This document shows, piece after piece, positions 1 through 12,707 of a stretch of DNA of 54,660 nt. This DNA is from Chiloscyllium plagiosum (Eukaryota). Position 1 is the stretch's first letter. Each line of letters opens with the position of its first letter. The stretch spans positions 80,967,561 through 81,022,220 of the forward strand of contig NC_057718.1 in NCBI RefSeq assembly GCF_004010195.1, given 5' to 3'. The position numbers and the translations under genes are program-made. The notes below the pieces were generated by a model. It ran no database searches and had not been told where the DNA came from. It worked only from the letters and a program-made list of their open reading frames with translations.

Positions 1-151
1 GGATTCCCTCGATCTATCCTGTCTGTACCTGACATATGCTTCCTCCTTTTTCTTAATCAAACCCTCAATTTCTTTAGTCATCCCGCATTCCCTATACCTA
101 CCAGCCTTCCCCTTTAACCCTAAACAGGAATGTAATTTCTCTGGACACTCA

Positions 152-772
152 TTATCTCATTTCTGAAGGCTTCCCATTTTCCAGCTGTCCTTTTACCTGC
201 AAACATCTGCCCCCGATCAGCCTAATACCGTCAAAATTGGCCTTTCTCCAATTTAGAACTTCAACTTTTAGATCTAGTCTATCCTTTTTCATCACTATTT
301 TAAATCTAATAGAATTATGGTTGCTGACCCCAAAGTGCTCACCCACTGACACCTCAGTCACCTGCCCTACCTTATTTCGCAAGAGTGGCTCAAGTTTTGC
401 ACCTTCTCTAGTAGGTACATCCACATACTGAATCAGAACATTTTCTTGTACACACTTAACAAATTCCTTTCCATCTATACACTTAACACTATGGCAGTCC
501 CAGTCTATGTTTGGAAAGTTAAAATCCCCTACCATAACCACCCTATTATTCTTGCAGATGACGGAGATCTCCTTACAAAATTGTTTCTCAATTTCTCTCT
601 GACTATTAGGGGGTGTGTAATACAATCCCAATAAGATGATCATCCCTTTCCTATTTCTCAGTTCAACCCTAATAACTTGTGTACTTCTGTGAATACCCTG
701 CCTCAGTACAGCTGTAATGCTATCCCTTAACAAAAACATTGCTCTCCCTTCTCTCTCGCCTTCCTGTAGCAT
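152..772 (-). pseudogene. APE-type endonuclease domain of CR1 ORF2 (fragment)
   Basis: ORF track: GLYYTPPNS...VGDFNFPNIDW...VDVPTREGAKL...EHFGVSNHNSIRF...LNWRKANFDGIR. Confidence 0.9.
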
Positions 773-1099
773 TTATATCTTGGAATATTAAGCTTCCAGT
801 CCTGTCTATCCCTGAGCCATGTTTCTATAATTGCTATGATAGCCCTGTCCCATGTTCTTAACCCTGCCCTGAGTTTATCTGCCTTCTTTGTTATTGCATT
901 GAAATAAATGCAGTTTAGTTTATCAGCCCTACCTTGTTCTTTGCTTTGTCCCTGCCTGCCCTAACTGTTTGACTCGCTTCTGTTCTCAACTGTACCGGTC
1001 TCAGATTGATCTCTCTCCTCACTCGCTCCCTGGGTCCCATCCCCCCACTTTACTAGTTTAAATACTCCCGATCAGCTCTATCAAATTTCCCTGCCAGTA

Positions 1100-1984
1100 T
1101 ATTAGTCCACTTCCAGTTTAGATGCAATCTGTCCTCCTTATGCAGGTTACTTCATACCCCAAAAGAGATTCCAATGATCCAAAAATGTGAATCCTTCTCT
1201 CATACACCAGCTCCTCAGTCATGCATGCCTCTGCTCTAACCTCCTATTCTTGCCCTCACTAGCTTGTAGCACTGGGAGTAATCCAGATATTACTACTGTC
1301 GAGGACCTCCTTTTTAAATTCCTGCTTAACTCTCCGTAATCTCTCTTCAGAATCTCAACCTTTTCTCTTCCTATGTCGTTGGTTCCAATGTGTACAATGA
1401 CCTCTTGCTGGCCCCTCTTCCCCCTTGAGAATATTCTGTACCCTCTCTGAGACATCCTTGATCCTGGCACCAGGGTAGCAACACACCATTCTGATTTTTT
1501 GCTGCTGGCCGCAGAAACATCTGTCTGTACCTTGTAGTAGAGAGTCGCCTAACATAATTGATCTCTTGGAACCTGACAGACCCCCTCATTGCAATAGAGC
1601 CAGTCTCAATACCAGAAACTTGGCTGTTGGTGCTACGTTCCCTTGAGAATCCATCACCCCCTACATTTTGCAAAACAGCATACTTATTTGAAATGGGGAT
1701 AGCCACAAAAGACTCCTGCACTAGCTGCCTACCTCTCTTACCTTTCCTGGAGTTAACCTATCAATGTGACTGTATCTGCGACTTTTCCGCCTTCCTATAA
1801 CTGTCATCCATCACACCCCCTTACTCTTGTGAGTTCCTCATTGCCTCTGTCTCTCCAACTGATCCATTCGAGCTGATAGGATTCGCAACCAACTGCATTT
1901 GTTGCAGATATAATCTGCAGTAACCTGTAAACTCTCCCCAAACACACACACCTGACAAGAGCATATCTCTTGATTAAAGGCCAT
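1100..1984 (-). pseudogene. CR1 ORF1 (zinc finger plus SGNH/GDSL esterase-like), frameshifted
   Basis: CxxC..ICNKC at the N-terminus, then IPISNKYAVL, GDSLLQGTDR, HIGTNDIG and VVISGLLPV spread across frames. Confidence 0.85.
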
Positions 1985-2369
1985 TTTTTGCTCCTTCACA
2001 ATCTACATACCCAGAAAATAGCACTGTCTTATTCCTCTCCAAAACATTGTTCCAGGTTAAATTAATAGCTGTGGCTTATATGTTAAGCTTAATCAAGACA
2101 CATATCTCAAAACACGTAATCAAGAAAGAACCCACTCTACTCACTACTGCAGACTTAGAGTAAGGCCACGCTTAAATATTCACTTCTGTTTCTGTGCTGT
2201 GATCTCCCTTAAACAGGTTCCTTGAAGATTAGTTGTGAATATTTCACTGATTGATTGTTAATTTTCCCAAACACGCTCCGATGTCCAGTGATACATGAAT
2301 TCAAACAGCAAAGGTAGAAACTGTGCAGATTAATTGCTGTGTCAGTTTCTCCCCCTCTCTTCACTCTTT

Positions 2370-2402
2370 CCCCCCCCCCCCCCCCCCCACCCCACCCCCC
2401 CT
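2370..2402. repeat. Poly-C tract
   Basis: Run of C interrupted by two A. Confidence 0.9.
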
Positions 2403-2404
2403 TC

Positions 2405-3355
2405 AGTAATGGTAATACCATTGAATGTCATGGGGTGGTGGTTAGATTGTCTCTACTTGGTGATGGTCATAGCCTGGCATTTGTGTGGCATAAATGTTAC
2501 TTGCCACTTGTTAACTTAAGCTTGGACATTGTCCAGATTTTGTTGCATGTGAACATGTACTGCTTCAGTATCTAAGGGGTTGCAAATGGTGCTGAACATT
2601 GTGCAATCATCAGTGAACATCCCACTGACTTCATGGAAGGAAGGTCATTTTTGAAGCAGCTGAAGATGCTTGAGCCTAGGACACTACCCTGTGGAGCTCC
2701 AAGATTTCCTGGAGGTGTGATCACTGGCCTCTAGCACATGCAATTATAATCTTACATGCCAGGTATGATCCAACCAGTAGAGAGTTTGTCTCCTGATAAC
2801 CATTGATTCCAGTTTTGCTGGGGATCCTTGATGTCAAGGATTGTCACACTTACCTCACCTCTGGAATTCAGCTGTTTTGTCCATGTTTGAACAAAGGTTT
2901 AATGAGATCAGGAGCTGAAGATTGCTGCAAATGCTTTAGTTCTTCCGTCTTTGAGGTTGGGGATATTTGTGGAGCCTTGTCCTCCGGTGAGGTTGTTTAA
3001 TTGTTCACCACCATTCATGACTAGATGTGGCAGGACTACAGAGCTTAGATCTGACCATTGATTTTAGGATCGCTTAACTCTATCACTTGCTGCTTATTCT
3101 GTTTGGCCTTCAAGTACCTTCTGTTTGACCTTTAGTCGCTTTACCAGGTTGACACCTCAATACCATGCATGCCTGGTGCAGCTGCTGGCATGCCTTCCTG
3201 CACTCTCTCGATTGATACCGTTGGCCCCCCTGTCTTGATAGAAATGGTTAAGTGGGGGATATACTAGACCATGAGGTTACAGATTGTGTTATAGTACAAT
3301 GCCTCATGGATGCCTGGTCTTCACATGCTAGATCTGTTTGAAGTCTGTCCCATTT
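2405..3355 (-). mobile_element. Deleted fragment of the CR1/L2-group LINE family also present at 44690-47190
   Basis: Shares blocks with 45200-46570, e.g. ggtgatggtcat..ctggcatttgt, gtgcaatcatcagtgaacat, ttttgtccatgtttgaac and ttaattgt.caccacc. Confidence 0.75.
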
Positions 3356-3479
3356 TAAAAGATCATGGCTGACCTTCTACTTCAACACAATTTTCCAACA
3401 CTATCTCTGTATCCCTTAATTTTTTTAAAATTTAAAAATGCGTATTGTATTTATATTTCATTTCAATATATTTATGTAT

Positions 3480-4445
3480 CCTATTCAGTGTTTTCTGGTG
3501 CACACAAGCCAGAGAGAATTTTGCATTATTTCCAACCTCTTGGTGTATTAGGTGAGAGGATCTTGGATAAACGGTATTTTCCTTTTTGAGTCTTTGTGGA
3601 GGCTACCTCAATGTTTTGAGTGTCCCTTAGCAAGGAGTCTTGGAATGTAGCCGTCTATAACGCTTGCTTTTGGACACCACCTTGCACTGCAAGCAAGTTT
3701 TGGGTAGACGAGTGTCTTTTACTGAGTTCATAATCATCCAGATCCAGACCTGCTTTACAAAGTTAAAAATCGCACAGCACCAGGTGGAATACATACAGAC
3801 TCTAACCTCACACCTGACGAAGCAGCAGTGTTCCGAAAGCTTGTACTTCCAAATAAATCTGTTGGACTATAACCTGGTGTTGTGACTTTTAACTTTGTCC
3901 ACTCCAGTTCAACACCAGCACCTCCGCATCACTGCTTTGTGAAGGCACTTTGTAGAAGCAGTGAGATTCAAGCTGTGCAGGATGTGTCTCGTGTCTGATG
4001 AAGGCCTTTCTTATCGCAAATCAAGCTAAGTCTTGAGCTTGTTTGAAATCTTGTGCTTTTTGAAAGTTTTGGCAATGAGTCATTTTGACAATCTGTTCAA
4101 GGAATCATTGGACAGGCTCTACCATCTCCTTACTGTTGTGCCTCCAGGAAATTGTGCTTCATGGTCTTGCACTCAAAGGTGCTTTCCTACAGGGAAAAGC
4201 TGGTTCAACGCCAGTCCACTTTATTGGAATATTCCACAGCAACTATATCTATCTTTCACAAGAGGACAGAGGGCCTAGGTATGTCTTGGCACTTCAATTT
4301 GTGTACCAAGGGTCTATGCACAACTTCATTGCAACCACTCACACAAACACACAAATGATGAATGTGGCGTGGACACAGGTTATTTTTTCCCTCCATTTTC
4401 TCTTGGGATTTGGACTTTGTATTGTTGAAGCCACGGATCATTTGT
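3480..4445 (-). mobile_element. Highly decayed Tx1/L1-clade LINE ORF2 3' fragment, interrupted by a PLE tail at 3757-3931
   Basis: Minus-strand translation gives GGKN..CV(S)GCNEVV/KLCIDPWYTN.KCQ, resembling Tx1-like ORF2 C-terminal sequence; many stops. Confidence 0.45.
3757..3931 (+). mobile_element. Short PLE family A terminal-repeat insertion with hammerhead motif and a short inverted 5' arm
   Basis: CTGACGA 3814-3820, gcagcagtgttcc, GAAAGCTT; then tail aaataaatctgttggactataacctggtgttgtg. 3757-3784 is the reverse complement of the tail. TSD ctgcttt at 3750-3756 and 3932-3938. Confidence 0.85.
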
Positions 4446-4609
4446 AGGGAGGCAATTACATTGTGGTAATGTCATTGGAATAGTAATCCAGCATTCCAGA
4501 CTCATGTTCTGGGGACATGGGTTCTCATCCCACGACAGTAGCTGGTCAAATTTGAGTTCAATGAGAATAATGGAGTTTAAAAAAACTAGTCTAATGGTGA
4601 CCATGTAAA
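4445..4609 (+). mobile_element. tRNA-derived SINE 5' part (family also at 38730-38915 and 50785-51125), interrupted by a PLE insertion
   Basis: ggtaatgtcattggaatagtaatccag..ctggggacatgggttctcatccc (B-box-like); reverse-complement match to 51050-51120. Confidence 0.6.
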
Positions 4610-4806
4610 AAGTTACAAATCACACAACACCAGGTCATAGTCCAACAGGTTTAATTGAAAACACCAGCTTTCGGAGCGCTGCTCCTTCATCAGGTGGTTG
4701 TCGACGCTCCGAAAGCGAGTGCTTCTAATTAAACCTGTTGGACTATAACCTGGTGTTGTGTGATTTGTAACTTTGTACACCCCAGTACAACACCGGCATC
4801 TCCAAA
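4606..4806. mobile_element. Fold-back (inverted-repeat) PLE family A insertion carrying a hammerhead motif on the minus strand
   Basis: Arms of about 70 bp: 4606-4678 is the reverse complement of 4705-4777. Minus-strand CTGATGA(4693-4687)-A-GGAGC-AGC-GCTCC-GAAA(4672-4669). Flanking aatggtgac(c/g)atgtaaa at 4593-4609 and 4805-4821. Confidence 0.9.
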
Positions 4807-4919
4807 TGGTGACGATGTAAACATGGTTTTTGATCTAGAAAAGAAATGGCAATTCAGAATTTGTAATCTTGAGATTACTTCCAGTGCTGCTCTCTATTAA
4901 GAGTAAAAATAGGAAGAAA

Positions 4920-6000
4920 ACAAATGTCAGTATGTAATTTGAAACATGGCACAAGAGGTTCTTGGCATTGGGACCAGTTATGGGTAAAATGCACGATAAT
5001 TACAAATTGCACCAGGCCTAAGGCCAGTTTCCTTAAGGAAAATCGTTCAGTTGGGGAGGATTTTAAACTAAATTCATTGGAGGTTGAGCACCCAAAAGAA
5101 GTAAAGGCAAGTAAGGTTCATGTTGTTTGAACACTGGGCAGTTCAGAAGGAAGTCTTACATTCAATAGGAGTGCACAAAGTGTAAAAAGAAATGTTAATT
5201 ATGAGGTGTGTTCAGAGTGTGGAGAAATTAGTATCAAAGTTGCAGTTATGGTGCATGTATGTGACCATTGGAGTGTGATTTCGAAGATTAGTGCAGATTA
5301 TCTTCAAGAAGTACAGGCCTGGATATTAAATATTCCTGCACAAGGTTTTCGATAAAATATTAAAGGAAGAAAAAAGGGTGAGGTGGCAATATTGATAAAC
5401 AACATAGTAGTGTTGGAGAGTGGATTTCTTACAGGGCTCATGGACAGAATCGATTTGGATAGAAAAGGAACAAAAAAGTTTTGTTTGGTGAAGTCTATAA
5501 AGACCAACCAGTGTGATAGATGTGAAGAAATACATTTGCAAAGAAAATAAATGCTTGAATTGAGCAATTATATGTTTTAATTGCCTGACCATAGGCAAGG
5601 ATAGCAGTAGCAGAAGACAGGGAGGCGCCAGAGTTCCTAGAGTGTGCTAATGATTTTTTTCTTGTAGTGTGCAGCCATATAGAGAGGTGTTACTGCACCT
5701 GGGTCTTGGCAATGAGATGGGCTATGTGGATCATGTTTCAGTCGGGGAACATTTAGTTAGGGGTCACTGATTGTTGTATCATTAGGTTTATGTTGATTAT
5801 GGAAAAAAAAACAGAGATCAATCCAGAGTAAGAACAATTAAGGAGTAAAACCACCTTCAATTAGGCAAGAATGGACCAGAGCAGATAAAGTAGAAGGTTT
5901 GGCAGGCAAAATGGTGTATGACCATTAGGCTGTCTGTAGAGAAGGAACGATCTGAGTAAAGATGAGTCATATCTCATGAAATGGAAAGGAGGGCAAAAAA
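4920..6000 (+). mobile_element. Old CR1 LINE fragment (ORF1 end and endonuclease)
   Basis: cttggcattgggaccagttatgg (WHWDQLW, ORF1-like), ctggatattaaatattcc..ggttttcga, gggtgaggtggcaatattg, tataaagaccaacc, ggggaacattt. Confidence 0.6.
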
Positions 6001-6825
6001 ATGCAGGTTATCTTTTAGTGAGTTGGAAGATCTTTCATTACAAAGCTTGATCTAAAGCTGATAAGTATGATAGCTTTTGACTGAAAGTCAGCCCAGCCAA
6101 CACAACTCTGTCATAAATTGTTCCCAGAACCAATGGGCCCTTGCCTCACAAGGCTGAATCAGTGATGTCTCCCTGAGGTCTGCACCAGCTTCATACTAGC
6201 AGAGATACCCTCCTGTTGTTTCACTTTCTATTTCTGTTTCTTGAGTACCAATTGATAATGATATAGCTGAACCCCTGCATGGTAACCTTGGAACCAACCA
6301 GAGTAGCTTCTCCTGTCACCGGATCCCTTTCTCCTTTCCTTGCTGATCCTGCAATTATGGATGATCTCTTGTAGAGCAGTTAATGCAAAGACGGGACCTG
6401 TAATTGGAAGAGATGGAGCAGCATGAGCTATTATGGATATTTGGAGAATATTGCGATTGTTACTTTATATTATCATATACATCACGCAGTCATGTGGTAA
6501 ATTCCAGGAGAAGTTGGTAAGTCATTTGGCTACTTATCAAGAAATCTCACAGTCAAGTACTGAAACAATGACTTAAAACTTAAGACTTCTCAAGTAAGCA
6601 TGTACAGCCTGCGATCCAACTTAGCTACTGCCTATTTTAATGGTGAAGTCTGCCCAAGATTTTAACTGACAAGTGATCTGTCTCTGAAAACTTCCAGGGT
6701 TCAGTCCTTGTGAGATGTTCTTCTTCGAAATTCTGTGTTGAGTTGTTCTGGTGTTAGATTCTTAGACAGTTTTCTCTCTTTCGATTTGTGGTGTGACATA
6801 CTAATAACCTTTTCAAATTCTTTCA

Positions 6826-7350
6826 TAGAGTCATAGAGATATCCAGCACAAAGACAGTCCCTATACTCCAACTCTACCAGATATCCCAACCCAATCTAGT
6901 CCCATCTGCCATCACCTGGTCCATATCCCTCCAAACCCTTCCTATTCATATACCCATCCAAATGCAATTGTACTAGCCTCCACCACTTCCTTTGGTAGCC
7001 CATTCCACACACGCACCACCCTGTGTGTGAAAATTTTGCCCCTTAAGTCTCTTTTATACCTTTCCCCTCACACACTAAACCTATGCCCTCTAGTTCTGGA
7101 CTCCCCCACCCCAGGAAAAAGACCTTGTCTATTTATCCTATCCATGCCTCTCATGATTTTATAAACCTTTGCAAGGTCACCCTTCAGCCTCCGACGCTCC
7201 AGGGAAAATAGCCCTCGCCTATTCAACCTCTCCCTATCGCTCAAATCCTCCAACCCTGGCAACATCCTTGTAAATCTTTGCTGAACCCTTTCAAGTTTCA
7301 CAACATCCTTCCGATAGCAAGGAGACAAGAATTAAACACATTATTCCAAA
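6826..7350 (-). mobile_element. CR1 (HER1-like) LINE 3' end
   Basis: ORF 7068-7328: SPCYRKDVVKLERVQQRFTRMLPGL..GLFSLERRRLKGDL..TRGHRF; terminal ctatgactcta repeat on the minus strand. Confidence 0.92.
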
Positions 7351-7879
7351 TTGATTATACTTTCAGAGTTCTCAAATCTGCAGCTTGCCTTTTCGCCAAA
7401 AGTAGCTTCTTTTGTTCCTTGTTATGTTTGGGGTTAGCTGTCTGTTTAAAACACTTTTTTTCCTGCAATTAACCCCTTTACTTCAAAACATTGCAGACAG
7501 GTCTAATTGCCCATTTGTCACGAAGCAGCAGATTATCAAGTGTTGTCTCCTCTCTCTCCCAGGAAACAGCTTGTTTATGTTAACTCCTCCTTCCCAGATA
7601 TGGTTATATAACATTTTACTGTAACTCTTTTATAACAGTTTTTTTCTTGTTCCTTTCATCTGAAGAAACAGTTTATTCCAAAAAGAGTTATTGCTGCTGC
7701 TTTCAATCCATGCGCAACAGTTTATCTTTGATTTATCCAATCCATGACCCGTTATTAAAATTGTGAAGTGTACATTGTGACAATGTGTTACCTCATAATA
7801 GGATATGCATGATAGTGTAAATAAAGAGTTTTGGAGAAACATACCAAGAGTCAGAATATTGTTACCAAATGAGGCATCC

Positions 7880-9010
7880 AAATTAGATTCAAAATGGAAC
7901 CCATTCTGTGGTAGCAGTTGTGGTGACAGTGACTTAACAAAATGGATGGTGTTTGAAGGATGTTTCACTGGTGAATATTATCTCTAAGCAGATGAATGTC
8001 AGAGACCAACTCCATATATATGGGAAGAGATCCTGCTGCCTCAAGTCCAGCAAGGAAGACCTGGATAACAAAGGGACAACTTGTACAGACCGGATTAGCA
8101 GCATGTTAGCAGTGAAAATTCCTGAAAATAGCATATGCATAGATCTAAAGAAACTCTGTAAAGCTTTGAAGAAACCCTATCATTCTATGCTAACTATTGA
8201 AGATGTTTTGCCACGTTGCCAAGGCAAAGACCTTTACTAGCTTTGATACAAAGGCTGGTTACTGGTGAGTCAAGCTGCAAGGATGACAGAAAACATCATC
8301 ATTTTAGATGCCACTTTGGAAATATAAATGGCCATGCATGCTGTTTGATATTTCCATTGCTTCAAGAAGACCGTGAGAGCTGTTAGCGATCTTCCCAGAA
8401 TGAAAGCCATCCTAATTGATCTGCTAGTCTATGGATGTGGAGACATTGTGGAAGATGACCAAAATTGGAATGTAATGTGACTGTAAGAGCTCCGTCAGAT
8501 GAGCCTGAAGAAGAACAAAATAAAGATACAGGTCATTCTGCTATGATATGACAGTTGTGTCCCTCTGCAACCTTGCTCTATTGGAAATTGCACTGTGGAA
8601 AACTGTAGAGAATCGCACTGTAGATCACTGTAGAAAATCACTATACCCATTCAGCAGAAAGTTCTCATTATCGAAATAGCATTCACAATTTGTCAATCGT
8701 GTTATAGCATTTGTGTTGATGAAACATGCATATTACCAGAATGACCTGTACTATTGAAAATGCCTGATGTCAAGTACTTAATTCACATACTGTCTCGAAA
8801 GAATTTTGTTGCTGACCAGGTGTGAGCTGCAGGAGAAATGCAATGTGAAAGCAATAATTTGTTAGATTTGTGTACTGAGCTTACCGAAATTGTCATCAGC
8901 ATGAGAACCTTTACTCAAACATATTGCTGAGGATGTGCAGTGACTTTAGAGCATAGAAGCAGTTTTCACTTGAACCAAACAACTAGCAACAACAACTCTA
9001 CATGCCCTGG
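7880..9010 (+). mobile_element. Decayed Ty3/Gypsy pol (RT to RNase H linker) remnant
   Basis: ISSMLAVKIPENSICIDLKKLCKALKK..MLTIEDVLP, then FTSFDTKAGYW*VKL (LDxxxGYWQ motif) and PLWKYKW..MLFDI; LPKLSSA*EPL near 8880. Confidence 0.7.
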
Positions 9011-9371
9011 AAGTCACCAGCCCAGGGGGGAAGTTGGATTTGCAACACCAGTGATGATCATTTATAGTCTGCTTGAAAACAGCACTTCCTAAAGAAGGAA
9101 CATTATTTCTAGGCTCAGCAGATGCCAGACAGTTAACACTGAGTTGCACATGTGCCATTAAAAGATGTGAATATTTTGAAAATTATGAATGAATGTGTGT
9201 GCCGAGACTGACAAAAGTGAGAGACTAGAATTAACAGTTTTGTTCATCAATGATTTTCTTTACATATATTGAGTGACTTGTAACCGTAAACGATAGCATA
9301 TGCAAAGTTTTCATTTTTTTTAAGAAAAGGGAAGTGTTTAGAGTATATTGTACAAACCTGATTTACTCTTG

Positions 9372-9657
9372 TCATGTACAGCCCTTTGATCCAACCCGTC
9401 CATGCCGACCAGACATCCCAGTCTGACCTAGTCCCTTTTGCCAGCATTTAGCCCCATATCTCTCTAAGCACTTCCTATTCACATAGCTATCCAGATGTCT
9501 CTTAAATGTTGTGATTATATCTGCCTCCATCACTTCCTCTAGCAGCTTGTTATATGCGCATACCACCCTCTATGAAAAAGTGACCCCTTTTCAGATCTTT
9601 CTCCTCTCACCTTAAACCTATGCGTCAAGTTTTGGACTCCCTTGCAGTAGGAAAAGG
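9372..9657 (-). mobile_element. CR1 LINE 3' end fragment
   Basis: ORF 9372-9566 EEVMEADIITTFKRHLDSYVNR; 3' UTR ggcatggacgggttggatcaaagggct. Confidence 0.85.
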
Positions 9658-11383
9658 TCCAATTTCCACTCCAGAAGTAAGATCATCAAAATATATTGTC
9701 TCTTGTGCATTTCTTTTATTTCATCCAATTACATGTGAGAGGTACACTGAAAACTAGTAGACTGCCCCTTGCACAACCACTTGAAGTCATGGGTGTCCTA
9801 GTAACATGCCAGTATTGGGAGTTGTGGAAAGATCAATTTGAAATGTATTGATCAGCTTTAGATCTGCATACGAAAAATTATAATCACCAGGTTAGTATGT
9901 TCATGTACGCAGTGGGGTCCCTTATAGGTGACATCCTTGTGAAACAGGGTAGAAGAGACCTCTGCGGATTTGAAGCTGTCCCAAAAGCATACAATGCATA
10001 TTGTAGCCCAATGCTGAACTATTAATGAAAGAAACTCAATGGAATTAGTGATCTTAAAGGTTAGGGAAGGTTGTTGCTACTATGGTACATTTGACTCATT
10101 TGTTACTGATTCATCATTGGAGTACAGTATTCTAAGAAAAGTTGACTTTTCTTTGCTGTCAAAAAAATCTAACACTTAAGTGGTCCAATATTTGCTTAAT
10201 CTCAGACTAATTTAGAGAGATATTGGTGTAGATTTGCCTGTTACACCCATGTATTTGGAGCATTGGTTTTACATCTGCCATTTTTAAAAAATCACTGAAA
10301 ATGATGCCCAACTCTGATGTTAAAGCTCAGACGTGAATTTGGAATTCAGATACCAAGCAGTTGATTGGTGCAACTGATTGCTGAGATGTTTGGCAAGTTC
10401 TTGCTAAAACAGAAGTACTCAATGATTTATAACTGAGGAAGTACTGTATTGGAATACTGGACAATATTTTGGGATAAGTCTTTATGTAATTGTAAGAAAT
10501 CTTAACATTGCTGCAGCAATGAGACAGAGTCCTTTCAACCCCAAATAGCCAAAACACTTGATCAAATTACATTTGTTCCCAACGGAATTGATATTCAGCA
10601 GCAGGTTTGATTTACAGTAATTTCTTTAACAATTTTATGCAGTTGAGTCATTGTATGCATATTCTGTGTTTCAAACTGGAGAGCTGCTGTACTTTTTCAC
10701 TTCAAATAACTTAGTTTTCATGTGAGTCAATGTAACTGCAATTTTTGGCTTGTTTGACCATTTACCATGGCTTCATAGGTCTGTGTCCAGAGCTACTGCT
10801 TTTAATCAATAAGCCATTTATTTAATTTGCAACTTCACTGCTCTTGGTATATGATTTGAATAGCACTGGAACTTCCAATTTTGATTGTCATTCTCTCACC
10901 CAACTATTTAAGTAATAATGAATTATTTTCAATGTTTGTCAAGCAGTATACATCAAGCCGGTCAATATTGAGGTGATCAGTGCCCACCTCTGGGTTTGAG
11001 AGAAGTGGGACAATAGTGAAGTTTCTTGTACATTTTTTTTGTCAGCCTTAAAAGTGCTGCTTGAGAAAGACCTGATTGTGTTTGTGGTTCAGAGATGAAT
11101 TGTACAGGTCTAACTCTGCATTTCGTTCGTAGCAGGGGAGAAGAGATGTCTAATTTCTTTGTGCAAAAGTGCAAACCTTGTTCAGAAAGTACTGTTTGGC
11201 TGAAATCCAGAATTCTGAAGTGAGACTAGTGCTTTGATGTTGAAATTACACCTCCAATTGAACAAGTACTTAGTACACTAACTTTAATGCTTAACATTGA
11301 TGTCTGCCATTCTTGGAAGTAGTTTCAAGTTTAAGTTGCAGTGTTACTTCTCTCACTGATAAATTGGTTCATCTAAGGAATTA

Positions 11384-11567
11384 GGAGAAAGTGAGGACTG
11401 CAGATGCTGGAGGTCAGCGTCAAAGAGTGTGATGCTGGGAAAGCCCAGCTCGTCAGGCAGCATCCAAGGAGCAGGAGATGAAGGGCTTATGCTGAAACGT
11501 CGACTGTCCTGCTCCTTGGATGCTGCCGGGCTGGCTGAGCTTTTCCAGCACCACACTTTTTGACTCC
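11384..11567. mobile_element. Fold-back PLE family B insertion with a partial hammerhead motif
   Basis: 11419-11476 is an inverted copy of about 11507-11566. Centre reads GATGA-A-GGGC-TTAT-GCT-GAAACGTC (11477-11501). Flanked by aggaatta at 11376-11383 and 11572-11579. Confidence 0.85.
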
Positions 11568-12579
11568 TATGAGGAATTAATGTTGTCATTGTTTAGACTG
11601 GCATACCAGCTTATACTTTTCAACCAGAATGGTCTTTTCCACATGTACCACTATATTTGCAATATTCAAGGTTGTTTGGGGTGAAGAATCTCTCTTTTAA
11701 AACATAACTTTTCATGCTTACTAAAGTGAAGGTAAACAATCCAGCAGTAACAAATCTTGAAGTAGTAGTTTTCAGTAGTAGTAATTGTAGTAGCCTGTGT
11801 GAGACTGAGAGTGAGCACCTGGAAATTTGGGTCAAGGTGGGAATTCAACTAACAAATTTTGCAAGTTTATTTATAGAGGGAAAATTCAGAATTAGTAAAA
11901 GCAATAGCTTTTAAGGAAGTTAAAGTAGCCTAACCAAACAGGCAGCTGCCTGATTGATGGATAACTGTCACTAACGCCTGAGATTCAATGCCTGAATTAG
12001 GTGTTATTTAATGTAGGAGGAAGTTGAGGAAAACACATGACTCATCAGAGTTCTCTGTATAAAAAAGGCTTGTTCAATGTGCATGATCAGAGTAAGCCAC
12101 AGTCCGAAAGAGGGAGAGCTCCTTGGACAACATGAATAATTGGGAATTTTGAGGCAGAGGGAGAAAGGAGATTCGGGTTTACTACAAAAGTTTCCAGAAT
12201 GACAAATGAGTAGGAGAGGAAATAAGGTGAAAGGCCTACTTGCATTGAGACCAACAGTAGCGTGGTCACTTTTTTCAATTGCTCAAGTGAAAGTTGAGCA
12301 TTTGATTTATTTTTAAAGCTTTTTTTTTACTTTTGAGAAATAACAAGCTATCATAATCTCATACTTTAAGAATAACAAATGGTTTTTACGTTATGAAATA
12401 GCAAGTCGAAGGGGCAAGTGAAAGTGTACATCGTGTGGTATGTGTGAAGTCATAGACGTAGCATGTGTCTCGGGCAAATGTATATTTGCAGCAAGTGTCA
12501 CCCGCTGCACAAGCTTGAGCTTCGGGTTTTCAAACTTGAACAGTGACTGGAGTCCATGTTGAATATCTGTGAGGAAGAG

Positions 12580-12707
12580 CTATCACCTGATGAAGGAGCG
12601 ACGCTCCGAAAGCTAGTGTGCTTCCAATTAAACCTGTTGGATTATAACCTGGTGTTATGTGATTTTTAACTTTGTACACCCCAGTCCAACACCGGCATCT
12701 CCAAATC
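12580..12707 (+). mobile_element. 128-bp solo PLE family A tail with an intact hammerhead core
   Basis: cac-CTGATGA(12587-12593)-A-GGAGC-GAC-GCTCC-GAAA-GCTA-gtg; perfect 11-bp TSD gtgaggaagag at 12569-12579 and 12708-12718. Confidence 0.92.
12584..12618 (+). ncRNA. Minimal type I hammerhead ribozyme motif (predicted)
   Basis: Core CUGAUGA and GAAA; 5-bp stem II; palindromic AGCU stem III; CUA cleavage triplet; stem I CAC/GUG. Confidence 0.75.

Larger units (their letters stand above)
1..2330 (-). mobile_element. CR1-type LINE, 5' part (5'UTR, ORF1, start of ORF2), decayed; runs off the window start
   Basis: ORF1 ATG at 1984(-) reads MAFNQEICSCQVC..DYICNKC (zinc-finger-like). SGNH esterase motifs GDSLLQG, VCCYPGARIKDV and VIVHIGTNDIG lie at 1219-1555. 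ORF2 endonuclease motifs YYTPPNS, VMVGDFNFPNIDW and SNHNSI lie in ORF 152-772. Confidence 0.9.

Noticed and set aside
9870..10060. Possible Gypsy gag remnant (QVSMFMYAVG..DIL)
   Set aside because: Too short and degenerate to support as a feature without a search.
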